Shown piece by piece: positions 40,396-55,029 of a stretch of DNA of 64,000 nucleotides. Below the pieces are notes generated by a model, which saw nothing but the letters and a program-made list of their open reading frames with translations, ran no database searches and was not told where the DNA came from. Position 1 is the first letter of the stretch. Each line of letters begins with the position of its first letter. The DNA lies in NCBI GenBank assembly GCA_964016885.1, contig OZ024756.1, positions 2,232,001 to 2,296,000 of the forward strand, written 5' to 3'. The position numbers and the translations under genes were made by a program. This DNA comes from Eledone cirrhosa. Lineage: Eukaryota.

Positions 40396-40604
40396 GGTTC
40401 CTCAGTTGTGCGTCCTATCCTTTGTTACTCATTTGGGCTTTCTTATCACTATTTTGTTATTAGTCGCTCCTTTTATTTTCCCCCAACTTTGTTTTAAGAG
40501 AACTTTTTCTGTTGGTTAATAATTTTGTATTTATTAAAAAGGAGGCAAATTGTTAGAATATAAAAACAAATAAACAGTATTCATTATTCATTAATAATAA
40601 TAAC

Positions 40605-40812
40605 AATGGTTTCGTATTTAGGCACAAGGGCAGCAATTTTGGGGGAAGGGAAAGTCAATTAAATTGACCCCAGTGTGTGACTGGTTCTTTACTTCATCGA
40701 TCCCGTAAGGATGAAAGGCAAAGATAACCTCAGCGGGATTTGAACTCAGATCATAAAGGACCGTAACGCTGTGCTGCAAAGCATGTTGTCCGACCCTCTA
40801 CTGACACTTCCG
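40605..40812 (-). mobile_element. Nin-type SINE
   Basis: Reverse-complement match to the family consensus. Confidence 0.85.
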
Positions 40813-41449
40813 CAAACAACAACACCACCAGTAAAATAAACACCAACACCACCAACAGCAACAACACAACCAACAACTCCAACAACAGCAACAACAACTC
40901 CAACAACAACAACAACAACTCCAACAACACCACCACCACCAACAACAACACCAACACCACCAAACCTACCAACAACAACACCACCAAACCCACCAACACC
41001 ACCACCACCAACGACAAAACCAACACCACCAACACCAATACCACCACCAACAACAACACCAAGTTTACCAACAATAGGTGAGAGAATAAAAGATATCTAT
41101 TTTATTCTCTAGAAAATAAAATTATCAAATCGGAAAATATTTTCATGGAAACGAAATGAAATACAATTATTATATATTTACTTTTATGACAATAAACGAC
41201 TATAAACCAATACATAGTATTAATCGAACTGTGTCCATTGTCCTTATCAATATGTAGCTTCCAGATTGTAAGGAAATCGTCTTATTTTAGTTGCTGGCAA
41301 TAAATTCAACTTGAATTATCAAAGACAGAACATTCTAGAAATATTTCCTCACTTCAACGATTAGAAATTATTTCAACGTTAAAATAGAAATATATTTTTT
41401 TCTTTTTTCTGAATTAAACAAAAGTATTTAAAATGAATTTTGCTGTTAC

Positions 41450-41491
<42 letters not shown>

Positions 41492-41620
41492 CTTTCATTT
41501 TTTCATTTCTTTCTTCTTTTTTCCTTCTCTCTCTTTTTTCTTTCGTTTACTCTCTCACTTTCTTTCTTTCATTACTTTCTTTTTCCCCATTTCTTTCTCA
41601 TATATACATACATATATATA

Positions 41621-42105
41621 GTACCCTCTGTACAGACTTTACTTCTAGTTTTACAATTTATTTGTGGATTTATTCTACATATAACACATTTCTTATTCGT
41701 ACAGTGGGCTATCTTAAAGGGGTATGTCTTGCTTATCAGGGATTTTATGGTAGTACCTGGCTTTTCTACCACTTTAATCTTTAAATGGATCTTTCTTAGG
41801 GCCTTTCTAAACTGGTTAGCTTATTTCCCTCCAGGGGTAGCATCCACAAACATGACACACTGGTATCTCTGGTTGTCATACCACGAAGTGGATTTCCCTA
41901 CCTTATGTTTAGTCCTATCTAACCTATTCCATGATTTGCTCCTGTAAAATGGGCAAAATCCCTTCCATGTCCATCTCCTTGAAGGTCTTATATTTCTCCG
42001 TGGCTCCTTTGTATACTCTGATTCTGTCTCTTTGGTTGTAACCAGAGGACTGCAAGTACCCGCTGTACAACTTTTACTATAAACTACATTTCTAGTTTTA
42101 TACAT
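41621..42105 (-). pseudogene. Penelope-like (Naiad-like) RT thumb/linker/Cys-motif fragment with about 45-bp terminal direct repeat
   Basis: Minus strand: QSSGYNQRDRIRVYKGATEKYKTFKEMDMEG / CPFYRSKSWNRLDRTKHKVGKSTSWYDNQRYQCVMFVDATPGGK*ANQFRKALRKIHLKIKVVEKPGTTIKSLISKTYPFKIAHCTNKKCVICRINPQINCKTR. One frameshift and one stop. The clade call is from remembered motifs. Confidence 0.75.
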
Positions 42106-42145
42106 ATATCTATATACACACACACTTATATATATATATATATAT

Positions 42146-42850
42146 ATATTGTTATACTTTGGGAGGGTCATGTTGCCAATAAGAAACACACGCACCAATT
42201 GCTTTCACTTCAATTTATTATAATAAATTTATAAATTTAGGAATTTATAAATTTCCGGTTGGTTGGTTGGTTCCACAACCAGATGATTGTTTATATATTG
42301 TCAAAGTTCTTTCGTCACACATTCTGTGACCTCTTCAGTGACTGGGGATTCTTTTCTTTGTTTTTGTGCCTCTCCTTTGTTCTGTCCTACGCCATCTTGT
42401 TTTTGTGTGTATGTTGTGTGCTTAGTTTGCGCATGTGTTACATCCGGGTGCCTGTGTGTGTTTATATTCGTTTACTTGTTTGTTTATTTACATGTTACTG
42501 GCTGGTTGTTTGTTCTATGTGCATGTGTGTGTTTTCATTTTGTCCTTAATTGTAAGTTGTGATGTTGCTCCAGAACAAAGGAGAGGCACAAAAACAAAGA
42601 AAAGAATCCCCAGTCACTGAAGAAGTCACATAATGTGTGACGAAAGAACTTTGACAATATATAAACAATCATATGGTTGTGGATCCAACCAACCAATCGG
42701 AAATTTATAAATTCCTAAATTTATAAATTTATTATAATAAATTGAAGTGAAAGCAACTGGTGCGTGTGTTTCTTATTGGCAACATGACCCTCCCAAAGTA
42801 CAACAATATCGGTTTCAACAGACATTTTCAGATAAAGAATCTTGACATAA
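42146..42850. mobile_element. 239-bp inverted repeat + tail with a hammerhead in each arm
   Basis: Arms 42146-42384/42571-42809 with a 186-nt spacer. Confidence 0.88.
42613..42655 (+). ncRNA. Hammerhead ribozyme, minimal stem III (mirror on - strand at about 42300-42342)
   Basis: GTCA-CTGAAGA-a-GTCACA-taatg-TGTGAC-GAAA-G-aa-C-TT-TGAC. Confidence 0.72.
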
Positions 42851-42871
42851 TAATAATAATAATAATAATGA

Positions 42872-43051
42872 TAATATAGAAATGGCTTCTACATGACTAG
42901 AACTGTTTCATTCGGAGAAAATTATCAGAAACGCCCTCCGAATGAAACAGTCCTAGTCCTGTAGAAGCCATTTCTATATTAAATATTTAAACTCTGCTAT
43001 GTATTGAGTACCTTACTTACTGTGGTTACCCCCGATTGGACCCGGGATAAA
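42872..43051. mobile_element. Hairpin + tail, sibling of 36222-36414
   Basis: Arms 42872-42917/42936-42981. The spacer holds a degenerate core (CTGATAA on the minus strand). Confidence 0.85.
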
Positions 43052-43163
43052 CATATATATATACATATATATATATAATATAGCCATACTCTACTATTCC
43101 AAGTATCGAGTACTCTGTTTAGTAATGCTGTAACTCGTTTTAAATGGATTCTATCCTCACACT

Positions 43164-43197
<34 letters not shown>

Positions 43198-43227
43198 CAC
43201 ACCCATGAATGTATGTATATTTACAGA

Positions 43228-43265
<38 letters not shown>

Positions 43266-43332
43266 TAAATGAAGTTTAAATTCTTACAGTGATCCTACTG
43301 TGACATACATATATATATATACTCATATACTC

Positions 43333-43378
<46 letters not shown>

Positions 43379-43744
43379 TATAATAAACTCATTTAAAAGT
43401 GAATAATAAAATATTTCAGCTGTACTGACAGCCGTCCGTCTATCTGATTTATCTTCGTTCTAGCTATTACACGCTTCCATAGTTTTCACACATGTCATAA
43501 ATCCTTCAGCACGACCATTCATAGCTTAAATATAGCTGAAATGTTTAACATCGTTTCTACATAATCTAATTTTGAGCTCGACTCTTGACTAAGACGGCTG
43601 AACATTCAGTTTGACTGACATTTTGACTAGATAGTAAGTAGCGTGACTCATAATTGACCAAGTCATTGACAAGGCTGATATTGGTTTGTAATTCACTCCC
43701 ACCATTTTTTTGTCAACGACGAAATTTCTTATTTAGGTCTGTAA

Positions 43745-44057
43745 TAGTGGTTTCTACTATAGGCACATGGCCAGCAATTTTTGGGGAGGCGGAAGTCGAT
43801 TAAATCGACCCTAGTGTGTTACTGGTACTTATTTTATCGACTCTGCAAGGATGAAAGGCAAATGATAATAATAATTGTTTCTACTTTAGGCACAAGGCCA
43901 GCAATTACCCAGTGCATTACTGGTACTTTATTTTATCGACCCCGTAAGGATGAAAGGCAAAGTTAACCTCGGCGGGATTTGAACTCAGATCGTAAAGGGA
44001 CGTAACTATTCTGGAAAGCATGGCGTCCGACCCTCTACCGATACTGCCAATCCACCG
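43745..44057 (-). mobile_element. Two Nin-type SINE copies
   Basis: Family match. Confidence 0.87.
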
Positions 44058-44074
44058 ATAATAATAATGATTTC

Positions 44075-44690
44075 ATTTATTGGCCACAAGGGCCGACATA
44101 TAGGGGACGATACCATAGACGGGGACAGTGGGGGTTTTACATACAAAATCGAGTACAAAATAGGAAAACAATAATAATAAACAAGAAAAATACAACAATA
44201 AAAACTCCCGAATAGGGGGGATAACCAGCCAGGGTTGATTCAGGTACCACCCGACACTTCGAGGGCACCGGAAAGGACACCCCTCTCCTCCTCCAATTCA
44301 CCAGCCTACTGACGAATGCTGAGTGTAGGCCAATTCACACTGAACCATTTCGCCACATTCAGCCACCTTTCAGAAAATGTACTGGGGGGCGGTGGGGGAA
44401 GCACTTCTCTCTCCACTCTCACCTTCCTTTCCAAGTGAAATTTGAAAAAGTTGATGAGGGATTGGCCGAAGAGAAAAGTATCTCTCTTCAAACCTTTCAG
44501 CCTGTTCCACCATTTAAACTCTTTCGCTACTCCCACCAGACAGGAAAATTGCCTGCTGTTCCTCACCAAAGGAAGGCGGCGGGTCGCTCTCCACTATGGA
44601 CTCGGCCGATAGCCGGATCCGTTCTACACGCGACAACAGCTGTTCGACATAAGTCCACAAGTCAGTAATGCACGGGCACTGGATAATAGA
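44075..44690 (-). mobile_element. Tx1/L1-clade LINE 3' fragment
   Basis: Homologous to the end of the ORF at 50929-51921 (LWTYVEQLLSRV; WWNRLKGLKRDTFL; ERWLNVAK). The 3' UTR ends ggcccttgtggccaataaa next to (ATT)n. Confidence 0.85.
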
Positions 44691-45000
44691 GGTTTTTACT
44701 ATAGCCACAAGGCCAGCAATTTGGGGAGGGGAAATTCGATTAAATCGACCACAGTGGGTTATTGCTACTTTATTTTATCGACCCCGCAGTCTATTGAGAC
44801 TGCTAATCCATCGCCCTAATAATAATTGTTTCTAATTAGGCACAAGGCCAGCAATTACCCAGTGCATTACTGGTACTTTATTTTATCGACCCCGTAAGGA
44901 TGAAAGGCAAAGTTAAACTCGGCAGGATTTGTAAACAGAACGTAAACGGCCTTAATTCTTTGATACAAAGCATGTTGTTCGGTGCTCTACTGTTTCTGCT
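44691..45000 (-). mobile_element. Two Nin-type SINE pieces
   Basis: Family match. Confidence 0.82.
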
Positions 45001-46124
45001 GTAATAGTACGGTTTATTTTGCTATAAATGTGTTGTTTATCCCCTACCCCAGCCATAACGTCATCAAAACTATGATTTTCTCATTTCTAGTCTCGATCAA
45101 CCCATTTTCATTTGGTCAACCAATTAATTTTCATTGAGACATAGTTTATATAAAGATACGGGCATCTGATTAAAATATATCAGGAAAGAATCGCTGGACA
45201 GGTTTTACGGGCAGAATCAACCGACAGGAGACCCTGGGGGTGTACCAGAGAAACTTCTCTATTTTCCTCTTTTGATATATCATACAGTTGCCAGTAAGTT
45301 CTGAAAATATCAGATAGCGCTGTTTCATGATTTGTTGTCGGTCACAATACCTAGCAGAAGAAAGAGCAGGAAAGAAAATAAAGTATTTTACTTAACTTAA
45401 GAACTGTGGTACTGCCGTGGGAGAGAGATATCCGGAAGTAGGGGCACGCATGACAGGAAGCATGAGAACGTGACGTCACTCAAGGTTCGATGGACTACAC
45501 TGCTGCGCCCTTGTGCGAGCAGTTGGCATGGTGAGTAGACGTGTTGTGTGAAGGCAGACCTAGTTAGATGTACGCCACGTGGTCAGTGATCTTGTCGAAG
45601 ATTCGAATGCATGGCCTTATAATAAATCACATATATTTAATGTAAAGACTAAAGGGTTAATTTCATATAGTGAAAGTTTAGTAAATAGAAGAATTTAAGC
45701 AGAGTAGAAGAGTGGATGAGTGAGTATCTGACTGATAAAATGACAGGTCAGTCAATCATATCGGTGGCCGCCCCACAGCACTGGGAGACTGAATGGAGAA
45801 GGCGTTTACCCGGAGGACGGCAAGGGAGACGCGCTGGAAAAGCCATTCCGCTCACAAGCCTCCCACCTGCGACTGGACAGCTCAGCGCCTATGGCGGTGA
45901 GTAGAGAGGTAACCCTAGGGCCGAGTTAACCAGAAGTCTTCACTGCCAAGGGTGTCGAACGCCCTAACCACTAGGTCACGTGTCTTCAATAATGTTGTAA
46001 CGGTGACTCATCATCTATTTTATTTTATGTCAATGAAAACCGTTTGGCAATTAAAGTCCGAACAAGCTGCGGTTAAATCATTTAAGGTGTGTTGATGACA
46101 GCAACATCCAGGCCACAGTTACAA

Positions 46125-46462
46125 TAACATATACACACACATAGATACATAAACACATAGATATACACACACATAGATACATAAACACATATAGACACAT
46201 ACATAGATACATAAAGACATAGATATATATACACACATAGATACATAAACACATATAGACACATACAGAGATACATAAACACATAGATATATACACACAC
46301 ATAGATACATAAACACATAGATATATATACACACATAGATACATGAACACATAGATATATACACACACATAGATACATAAACACATATATATACACGCAC
46401 ACACATATATATATATACACACATACACACACATACACACACAGATACATAAACACATATAT

Positions 46463-46493
<31 letters not shown>

Positions 46494-47995
46494 CATAGAT
46501 ACATAAACACATATATATATACACATAGATAAACACATATATATATACACACACACATAGATACATAACCACACACACAGAGATAGATAAACACATATAA
46601 ATATGCACACACATATATACATACACACATAGATACATAAATACACACACACAGATACATAAACACATATATATATATACACACACATATCTATATACAC
46701 ACACACATATATATATATATACACATAGATATATAAACACACATATATACATATAGATACATAAGCACATATATATACACACACACACACATACACACAC
46801 ATATAGATACATAATCACACATATATATATATATACATAGATACATATATATACACAAACACATAGATACATAAACACACATATACACACACACACAGAG
46901 ATATATAAACATATATATATACACACACATATACATAAACACATATATATATACACACACAGATACATAAACACATATATATATATACACACACAGATAC
47001 ATAAACACATATATACACACACACATAGATAAACACATATACACACATACACACACAAATAGATACATACACACACATATATATATATATATACACATAG
47101 ATACATAAACACATATATACACACACAGATACATACACATATATATACACACACATAGATACATAAACACATATATACACACAGAAACATAAACACATAT
47201 ATACATACACACAGATACATAAACACATATATATATACTCACATAGATACATAAACACATATATATACACACACACATAGACACATAGATACATAAACAT
47301 ACAAATAGATAATACACACATACATATACACACACATAGATACATAAACATATATATATACACACACATAGATACATATACACATATATACACACCCATA
47401 AACACATACACACACACACACACATAGTAACATAAACACATATACACACACATAGATACATACACACATATATAGACACACATAGATACATAAACACATA
47501 TATGTATACACACACATTTACATAAACACATATATATACACACAATTAGATACATAAATACATATATATATATACACACACATGATACATAAACATATAT
47601 ATACACACACATACATAAACACATATATATAGACACACACACAGATACACACACACAAATAGATACATACACACATATATATACACACACACACACATAC
47701 ATAAACACATATATATATACACACACAGATACATAAACATATATATATACACACACATAGAGACATAAACACATATATACACACACACAGATACATAAAC
47801 ATACATATATACACACACATAGATACATAAACACATATATATACACACACACACACACATACGTAAACATATATATATATACACATACACACATAGATAC
47901 ATAAACATATATATAAACACACATAGATACATAAACACATATACACACATACACACACATAGATACATAAACACACATATATATATACACAGACA
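46125..47995. repeat. Degenerate acacatagatacataaacacatat minisatellite
   Basis: Recurring agatacataaacac anchor between variable CA/TA runs. Confidence 0.93.
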
Positions 47996-48064
47996 CGTGC
48001 ATCTACACACACTCCAACACACATCTCTTCAATTACTTTCACATACCACACACAGACATATGCA

Positions 48065-50390
48065 CACAATCACACACATACATACACATAACCACATACA
48101 CACAAATACATACACAGAACCACATACACACAATTACACACAGACATACACAGAACCACATACACACAACCACACACATACATACACACAACCACACACA
48201 TACATACACACACATACATACACACAATCACACACATACATACACAGAACCACATACACACAATCACACACATACATACACAGAACCACATACACACAAC
48301 CACACACAAACATACACAGAACCGTATACACACAATCACACACATACATACACAGAACCACATACACACAACCACACACATACATACACAGAACCGCATA
48401 CACACAATCACACACAGACATACACAGAACCACATACACACAATCACACACATACATACACAGTACCACATACACACAACCACACACATACATACACAGA
48501 ACCACATACACACAATCACACACATACATACACAGAACCACATACACACAATCACACACATACATACACAGTACTACATACACACAATCACGCACATACA
48601 TACACAGAACCACATACACACAATCACACACATACATACACAGAACCACATACCCACAATCACACACATACATACACAGAACCACATACCCACAATCACA
48701 CACATACATACACAGAACCACATACACACAATCACACACATACATACACAGAACCACATACACACAACCACACACATACATACACAGAACCACATACACA
48801 CAACCACACACATACATACACAGAACCACATACACACAACCACACACATACACAGAACCACATACACACAATCACACACATACATACACAGAACCACATA
48901 CACACAATCACACACATATATACACAGAACCACATACACACAACCACACACATACATACACAGAACCGCATACACACAATCACACACATACATACACAGA
49001 ACCACATAGACACAATCACACACATACATACACATAACCGCATACACACAACCACACACATACATACACAGAACCGCATACACACAATCACACACATACA
49101 TACACAGAACCACATACACACAATCACACACATACATACACTGTACTACATACACACAATCACGCACATACATACACATAACCGCATACACACAATCACC
49201 CACATACATACACATAACCGCATACACACAACCACACACATACATACACAGAACCGCATACACACAATCACACACATACATACACAGAACCACATACACA
49301 CAATCACACACATACATACACAGAACCACATACACACAACCACACATACACAGAACCACATACACACAATCACACACATACATACACAGAACCACATACA
49401 CACAATCACACACATATATACACAGAACCACATACACACAACCACACACATACATACACAGAACCGCATACACACAATCACACACATACATACACAGAAC
49501 CACATAGACACAATCACACACATACATACACATAACCGCATACACACAACCACACACATACATACACAGAACCGCATACACACAATCACACACATACATA
49601 CACAGAACCACATACACACAATCACACACATACATACACTGTACTACATACACACAATCACGCACATACATACACATAACCGCATACACACAATCACCCA
49701 CATACATACACATAACCGCATACACACAACCACACACATACATACACAGAACCGCATACACACAATCACACACATACATACACAGAACCACATACACACA
49801 ATCACACACATACATACACAGTACTACATACACACAATCACGCACATACATACACATAACCGCATACACACAATCACACACATACATACACATAACCGCA
49901 TACACACAATCACACACATACATACACAGAACCACATACACACAACCACAACACACATACATACACAGAACCGCATACACACAACCACACACATACATAC
50001 ACACAATCACACACATACATACACAGTACTACATACACACAATCACGCACATACATACACATAACCGCATACACACAATCACACACATACATACACAGAA
50101 CCGCATACACACAATCACACACATACATACACAGAACCACATACACACAACCACACACATACATACACACAATCACACACATACATACACAGAACCACAT
50201 ACACACAATCATACACATACATACACAGAACCACATACACACCATTACACACATACACAGAACCGCATACACACAATCACACACATACATACACACAATC
50301 ACATACACACAATCACACACATACATACACAGAACCGCATACACTCAACCACACACATACATACACACAATCACACACATACATACATAT
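48065..50390. repeat. 36-bp minisatellite (cacagaaccacatacacacaatcacacacatacata)
   Basis: Period about 36 with higher-order block duplication (about 48850-49330 repeated at 49350-49830). Confidence 0.96.
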
Positions 50391-50699
50391 ATATATATAT
50401 ATAGACACTCCCATATACACACCCATACACATACTCACATGTGCACACACATACACACTCACATATACACACACATACACACACTCACGCTAACTAGTAT
50501 ATTTACATACACATGTTCATAATCAATCTCTTTCTCTCTGTCTTTCCTTCTTCCTCTCTCCCTCCTCTTCCCCTCTCACACACATACACACTGACACACA
50601 CATCTACACATACATATACACTACTGTGCTGACACAAGAGGTGCAAGGACACATGCAGACAGACATACAGACAGACAGACACAGACAGGCAGACACATT

Positions 50700-53600
50700 T
50701 CTGTTTATTTGCCATGAGGGCACAAAAGAAAGGGACATGTACATGGGGGGGGGGGGTTTACATATAAATCGAGTAAAAAAAAGTAATAACAAATAAAATT
50801 GTAACAAAAAAGTCCTCAATAGGGAGGGATCGTTTTGAGGTCACACACACCCCCGAAAAAAAATGTGCGACCCTTCTCCACGGGAGCACAAGGAGAGGGT
50901 GCTCCCTTCTTCCTTCATTCTTTTCCACCTACAGGCTGATGTAGAGAGAAGGTCCATTCACACGGGCCATTCTCGCAACTTTCACCCACCTTTCATAAAA
51001 CTGGCTGGGGTGGAGCACCTCTCTCTCAATCCTGATCCTTCTTCCGAAATGGTATCGGAAGAAAAGGACCAGTTGTTGGCCGGAAAGAAAGGTGTCCGAC
51101 CTCAGCCCTTTTAGACGCGTCCACCATACAACCTCTTTTACCATGGCTATTACACAGAGGAAGATCGCCTCTCCTTCATTTTTGAAGGGGGGAGGCGGCT
51201 TGATCGTTACAATGGACTCGGAGATCAACCTAATTGGTCCCACCCGTGACAGCAGTTGTTCGACATAGCCCCACAGATCGGCAACGCCCGGGAAGTGCAC
51301 CAATGCGTGCGCGACGGTTTCATCGTCGCGCACGCATCTGGGACAGATCTTTTTCGAGGGGTCCCTACCCGGGCGCCCGTGTCTGTAGAGCTTATCCCGA
51401 ACGGGCAGAGCCCCTCGGTAGCACTGCCAGGCCAAGGACTTCTGGAAGTTGTCCATAGGTCCCGGGCCGAAAGTCCTACCGAATAGGCTGGCCAGTTCGT
51501 CCTCTTCCATGCCTAGGGTTCCTCCGAGGGCGTCGTCGCACCTGCTAACCACCAGCCCTCTATATAATGACCAGGTGGAGTCTCCACCGATAGCCGGGTC
51601 CACCTGCCAGAGAGCCGTGAGCGCCTGGGCACACTCAGTGTGCCAGTCGCCCAGTTTTCTCGGTCTTTGCTTCACCCAGGACTGCAGCTCGGTGAGCGAG
51701 ACGAGCCTCGGGAAGGCTCGCCTCACAAACGGTGCCCACACCGGTTGACCGGTGTGGAATACCTGGAGGTGCCGTAGCCTCAACCCGTGTTTACGCATAT
51801 TTAGCCACAGCATCCCCCGCCCTCCTTTCAAAGGTTGTTGACAGCAGATGGATCTTCTCACCAGAGGAGCCCTCTTCTTCCAAAGTGAAGAGAGCGCGCT
51901 CCATTTTGGTGAGGATCTCACCCGGGCAAGGCACGACTGTCAAGCGGTAATAGATGACGGACGCTATGTAAGCGTTCGCCACCTCCGCCTGGCCTTTCAG
52001 GTATAGTTTGCACTCGGCCCACTTCTGGGTCAGTGCAAACACCCTATTCGTAACCTCACCCCAGTTTTTCTCCACCTGGAGGTCCGGTCCGAACCAGAGC
52101 CCAAGCAACTTCACCGGGCCCTCCGTCCACCTTCCGACGATACCGTCGGACGGCATCGGTTTGCCCGTCCACTCGCCGAGTTGCAAAGCGACTGACTTGT
52201 CCTGGTTCAGGTTAGCCCCTGTCAACATTTCGTACTCCTCCAGTAAGGTGCCGATTGCCCCGATTTCCGAGGTGGTCGACCCCATTACTGTTACGTCATC
52301 GGCGTAGGCCGACACCGCTTCGCGCAATCCCGGTTCCAAAGGCATGCCCTACAACAACTCCAACTTCCGCACTAGTGGCTCGAGAGCCAATACATACACA
52401 AGGGAGGAGAGAGGGCACCCCCTGTCGGATGGAGCGGGTGATTTCGAATGGCTCCGAGAGGTAGCCGTTCACCTTGACTCTAGAGCAGATGCGGCTGCTG
52501 TGCATGGCAGTGATGCAGCCCCTGAAAACGGGTCCGAAACCAGCCGCCGCTAGCACCGCATCCAGGTAACCATGGTCCACCCTATCGAAAGCTTTAGACT
52601 GATCTAAATTGATCAGGGCCCCACCAAAGCCGGGTTCGTTCTCAACCCTCTCTATGATGTATCGCATGAGATGGAGGCTATCGTGGATGGACCTGGATGG
52701 GATAGCGCATATCTGCGCATCCCCACCAGGCCCCCACGACAAGCGCCAGCCTCTTCGCTAACACCTTGGCCAAAATCTTTAACTCTGCATTTAGCATATT
52801 TATGGGCCTAAAATTACGAATGTTATCCCCCTTGTTCTCGTCCTTCCTCACTACCGAGACTACGCCCTTGGTCACAGAACAGGGAATTCTCCCGTTCTGT
52901 TGCCAGTTGCAGTAGACCGCCTCGAGTAGATCGGGGAACAAGTCCAGCATATTAATATATAGACGTAGGGCAGACCATCGAGGCCTGGAGATTTTGCGTT
53001 TGCCGCATAGGCTTAGCACGTCCCCTATTTCAGCAGCTGAGATCGGCAGGCCGTCGAGGTATGGACCGAAGTCCACACCCCCCTCCCCTCCCGAACGATC
53101 GGGCAAAGTGCCTTTGAAAGGCCTCGCACATTTGCTTAGGTTCAAGGATCACCCGTCTATCCTGGTCTCGCAAAGACCGGATAGTGGATCTAATCCCACT
53201 TTCGGCTTCTGTCACGCGGGCCCAGCTAACAGCTTTGGTCCCCTCGTTTCCCAGAGCACGTATTTTGCTTCGGACAACGCAGCCTTCGTGTTTCGCGTCG
53301 AAGAACTGGCTCAAGGCCGTTCTCGACGCTTGCACTCTGGCCACGTTGCCGCTTCTTATTGCCTCTTCAACATTAACTACCAACTCCCTTTCCTTCCTAT
53401 TTCTATCTGAGGGTAACTCCTTACTAACTCCTATTGAAACTACTCTAATCTCTCTTTTCAGAGAGCCCCACCACCTGCTGTTGACGATGGCGCTCGTCAA
53501 CCGCTCCTTAACTAAGGTTCTAATCCGGTCCCTGTAAGCTCTACTTGCCGGTAAGGACAAGTTGAGCTTCCAGTAACCGGGTCCCTGCCTATGCGTTCTA

Positions 53601-54820
53601 TCAAGGTGGACTATGCAGGTCACTAACTTGTGGTCTGAATAGCCAACCATGAGCATTTCTGGACAACTTAAAAAGTCCCTATCCTTAATTCTAACTAAGA
53701 ACCTGTCTAGGTACGATCTAGATTGACCGCTATGGTTTGTCCAAGTCCAGGTTAGCACAGTCGGAAAATCTAGTCGATATCTATCGGTCAGATCAAATCG
53801 GCCGATTAACCCCTTGAGGTTGTTACACCCCCCTCTATCGGGACATGCCCCTACAAAGTCCCAACGTGCATCTAGGATACCATTCCAGTCCCCCACTGAA
53901 GCAAGGAGCGGGACGTCCCTAACCGGGTCTTATGCAGTTGAATTTTATTTTTTGAGACCTTCTTCCCATGTAAGACGGGAAAAAGGTGAAGCGAGTGGAT
54001 ACAATGGGCGCAATAGAATGTTTTTGCGCCGTTTCTTGATCCTTCATAAGCACCGAGATGCTACCGAAGAGTTTTATTTATTGAATGAACAAAATGCTTT
54101 ACATTTGGTTCCTTAAAACCAGCTCTATCTCACTCTGAGACGGTTGTACTGGTTTTTTTGTAGCATTCGAGATTGTCCTGAACACCACCGTGCTCGTGGC
54201 AATTTCTCTTTTTATTTCTTCTGGGGATTAATGCTGAATAAACCATCGGGTTCGAAAGTCACATACCTTTTTGCTTCTTCCAACTTTTGCTTTGCGTTGG
54301 TTAAATCCAAAGGTAGGAACACTTGTGTTTTTTTTACAGTTTCCGCAAAGGAAATGTTGTTGTCGTTGTCTTTCTTGTTATTGTTGTTGTTGTCGCTGTT
54401 CACTTTGGTGTTCGTATTGGTATCGATATGTTTTCCGTTGCTGATATTATTTCCAATTTTTGTCTTTTCGGTTGTTGAGTGTTGTTCCTTATTAACGTTT
54501 TTCGTTAAAGGAAGTGGGAGAAGCTGGGTACTTTGTGCTTTCAATTTTCCTCAAAGATTTATTTTTCCTTTGGGGAGCGTGGCACCATGACTTGTATTAA
54601 TGCCGTCCATTACTACAATCTGAGTTCACAAAATTGTAAGAAGAAAACTTTCACCCCAAAAAGGGGCGAAAATAATAATAACCCCAACCTCTGCAGGCCC
54701 AAACGAGGGGTTAAAATATCTCACAATTGAAAAATAAATCCAAAAACTCACTCTTTACAAGGTAAAACCAATGTAAAACACAGAGCTCGTTAATACACGT
54801 CTACCTCCGTCGACAGACAT
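50700..54820 (-). mobile_element. Tx1/L1-clade LINE, both ends present, internally deleted and frameshifted
   Basis: ORF1 N-terminal remnant (ISFAETVKKT..., FYPSYMGRR) is fused to mid-APE (GDWN, SYLDRFL, SDHKLV). RT motifs NFRPINMLN, DQSKAFDRVDH, SIRQG and AYADDVT; C-terminal CPRC..ETVAHAL. The 3' end has aataaa, and CAGA repeats flank both sides. Confidence 0.93.
50929..53930 (-). pseudogene. LINE ORF2 (APE-RT-zinc finger), several frameshifts
   Basis: Consecutive ORF pieces 53030-53896, 52678-53145, 52296-52742, 51791-52345 and 50929-51921. Confidence 0.93.
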
Positions 54821-55029
54821 ACAGATATATAGACTGACAGACAGACAGACATACATACATACAGACAGACACACAGACAGACAGCTGCTAATCTGTTCGG
54901 CTGGACACACTTTCTCATCTTAATTTAGAACCGGAAGTCTTTAATCTGCAGACGATTTCCTGTTAGCTACACAGGTACAAGCCGACATTTTGTTAGATGT
55001 ATCATAGTAGAGAGCGGATGAGACTTGAA

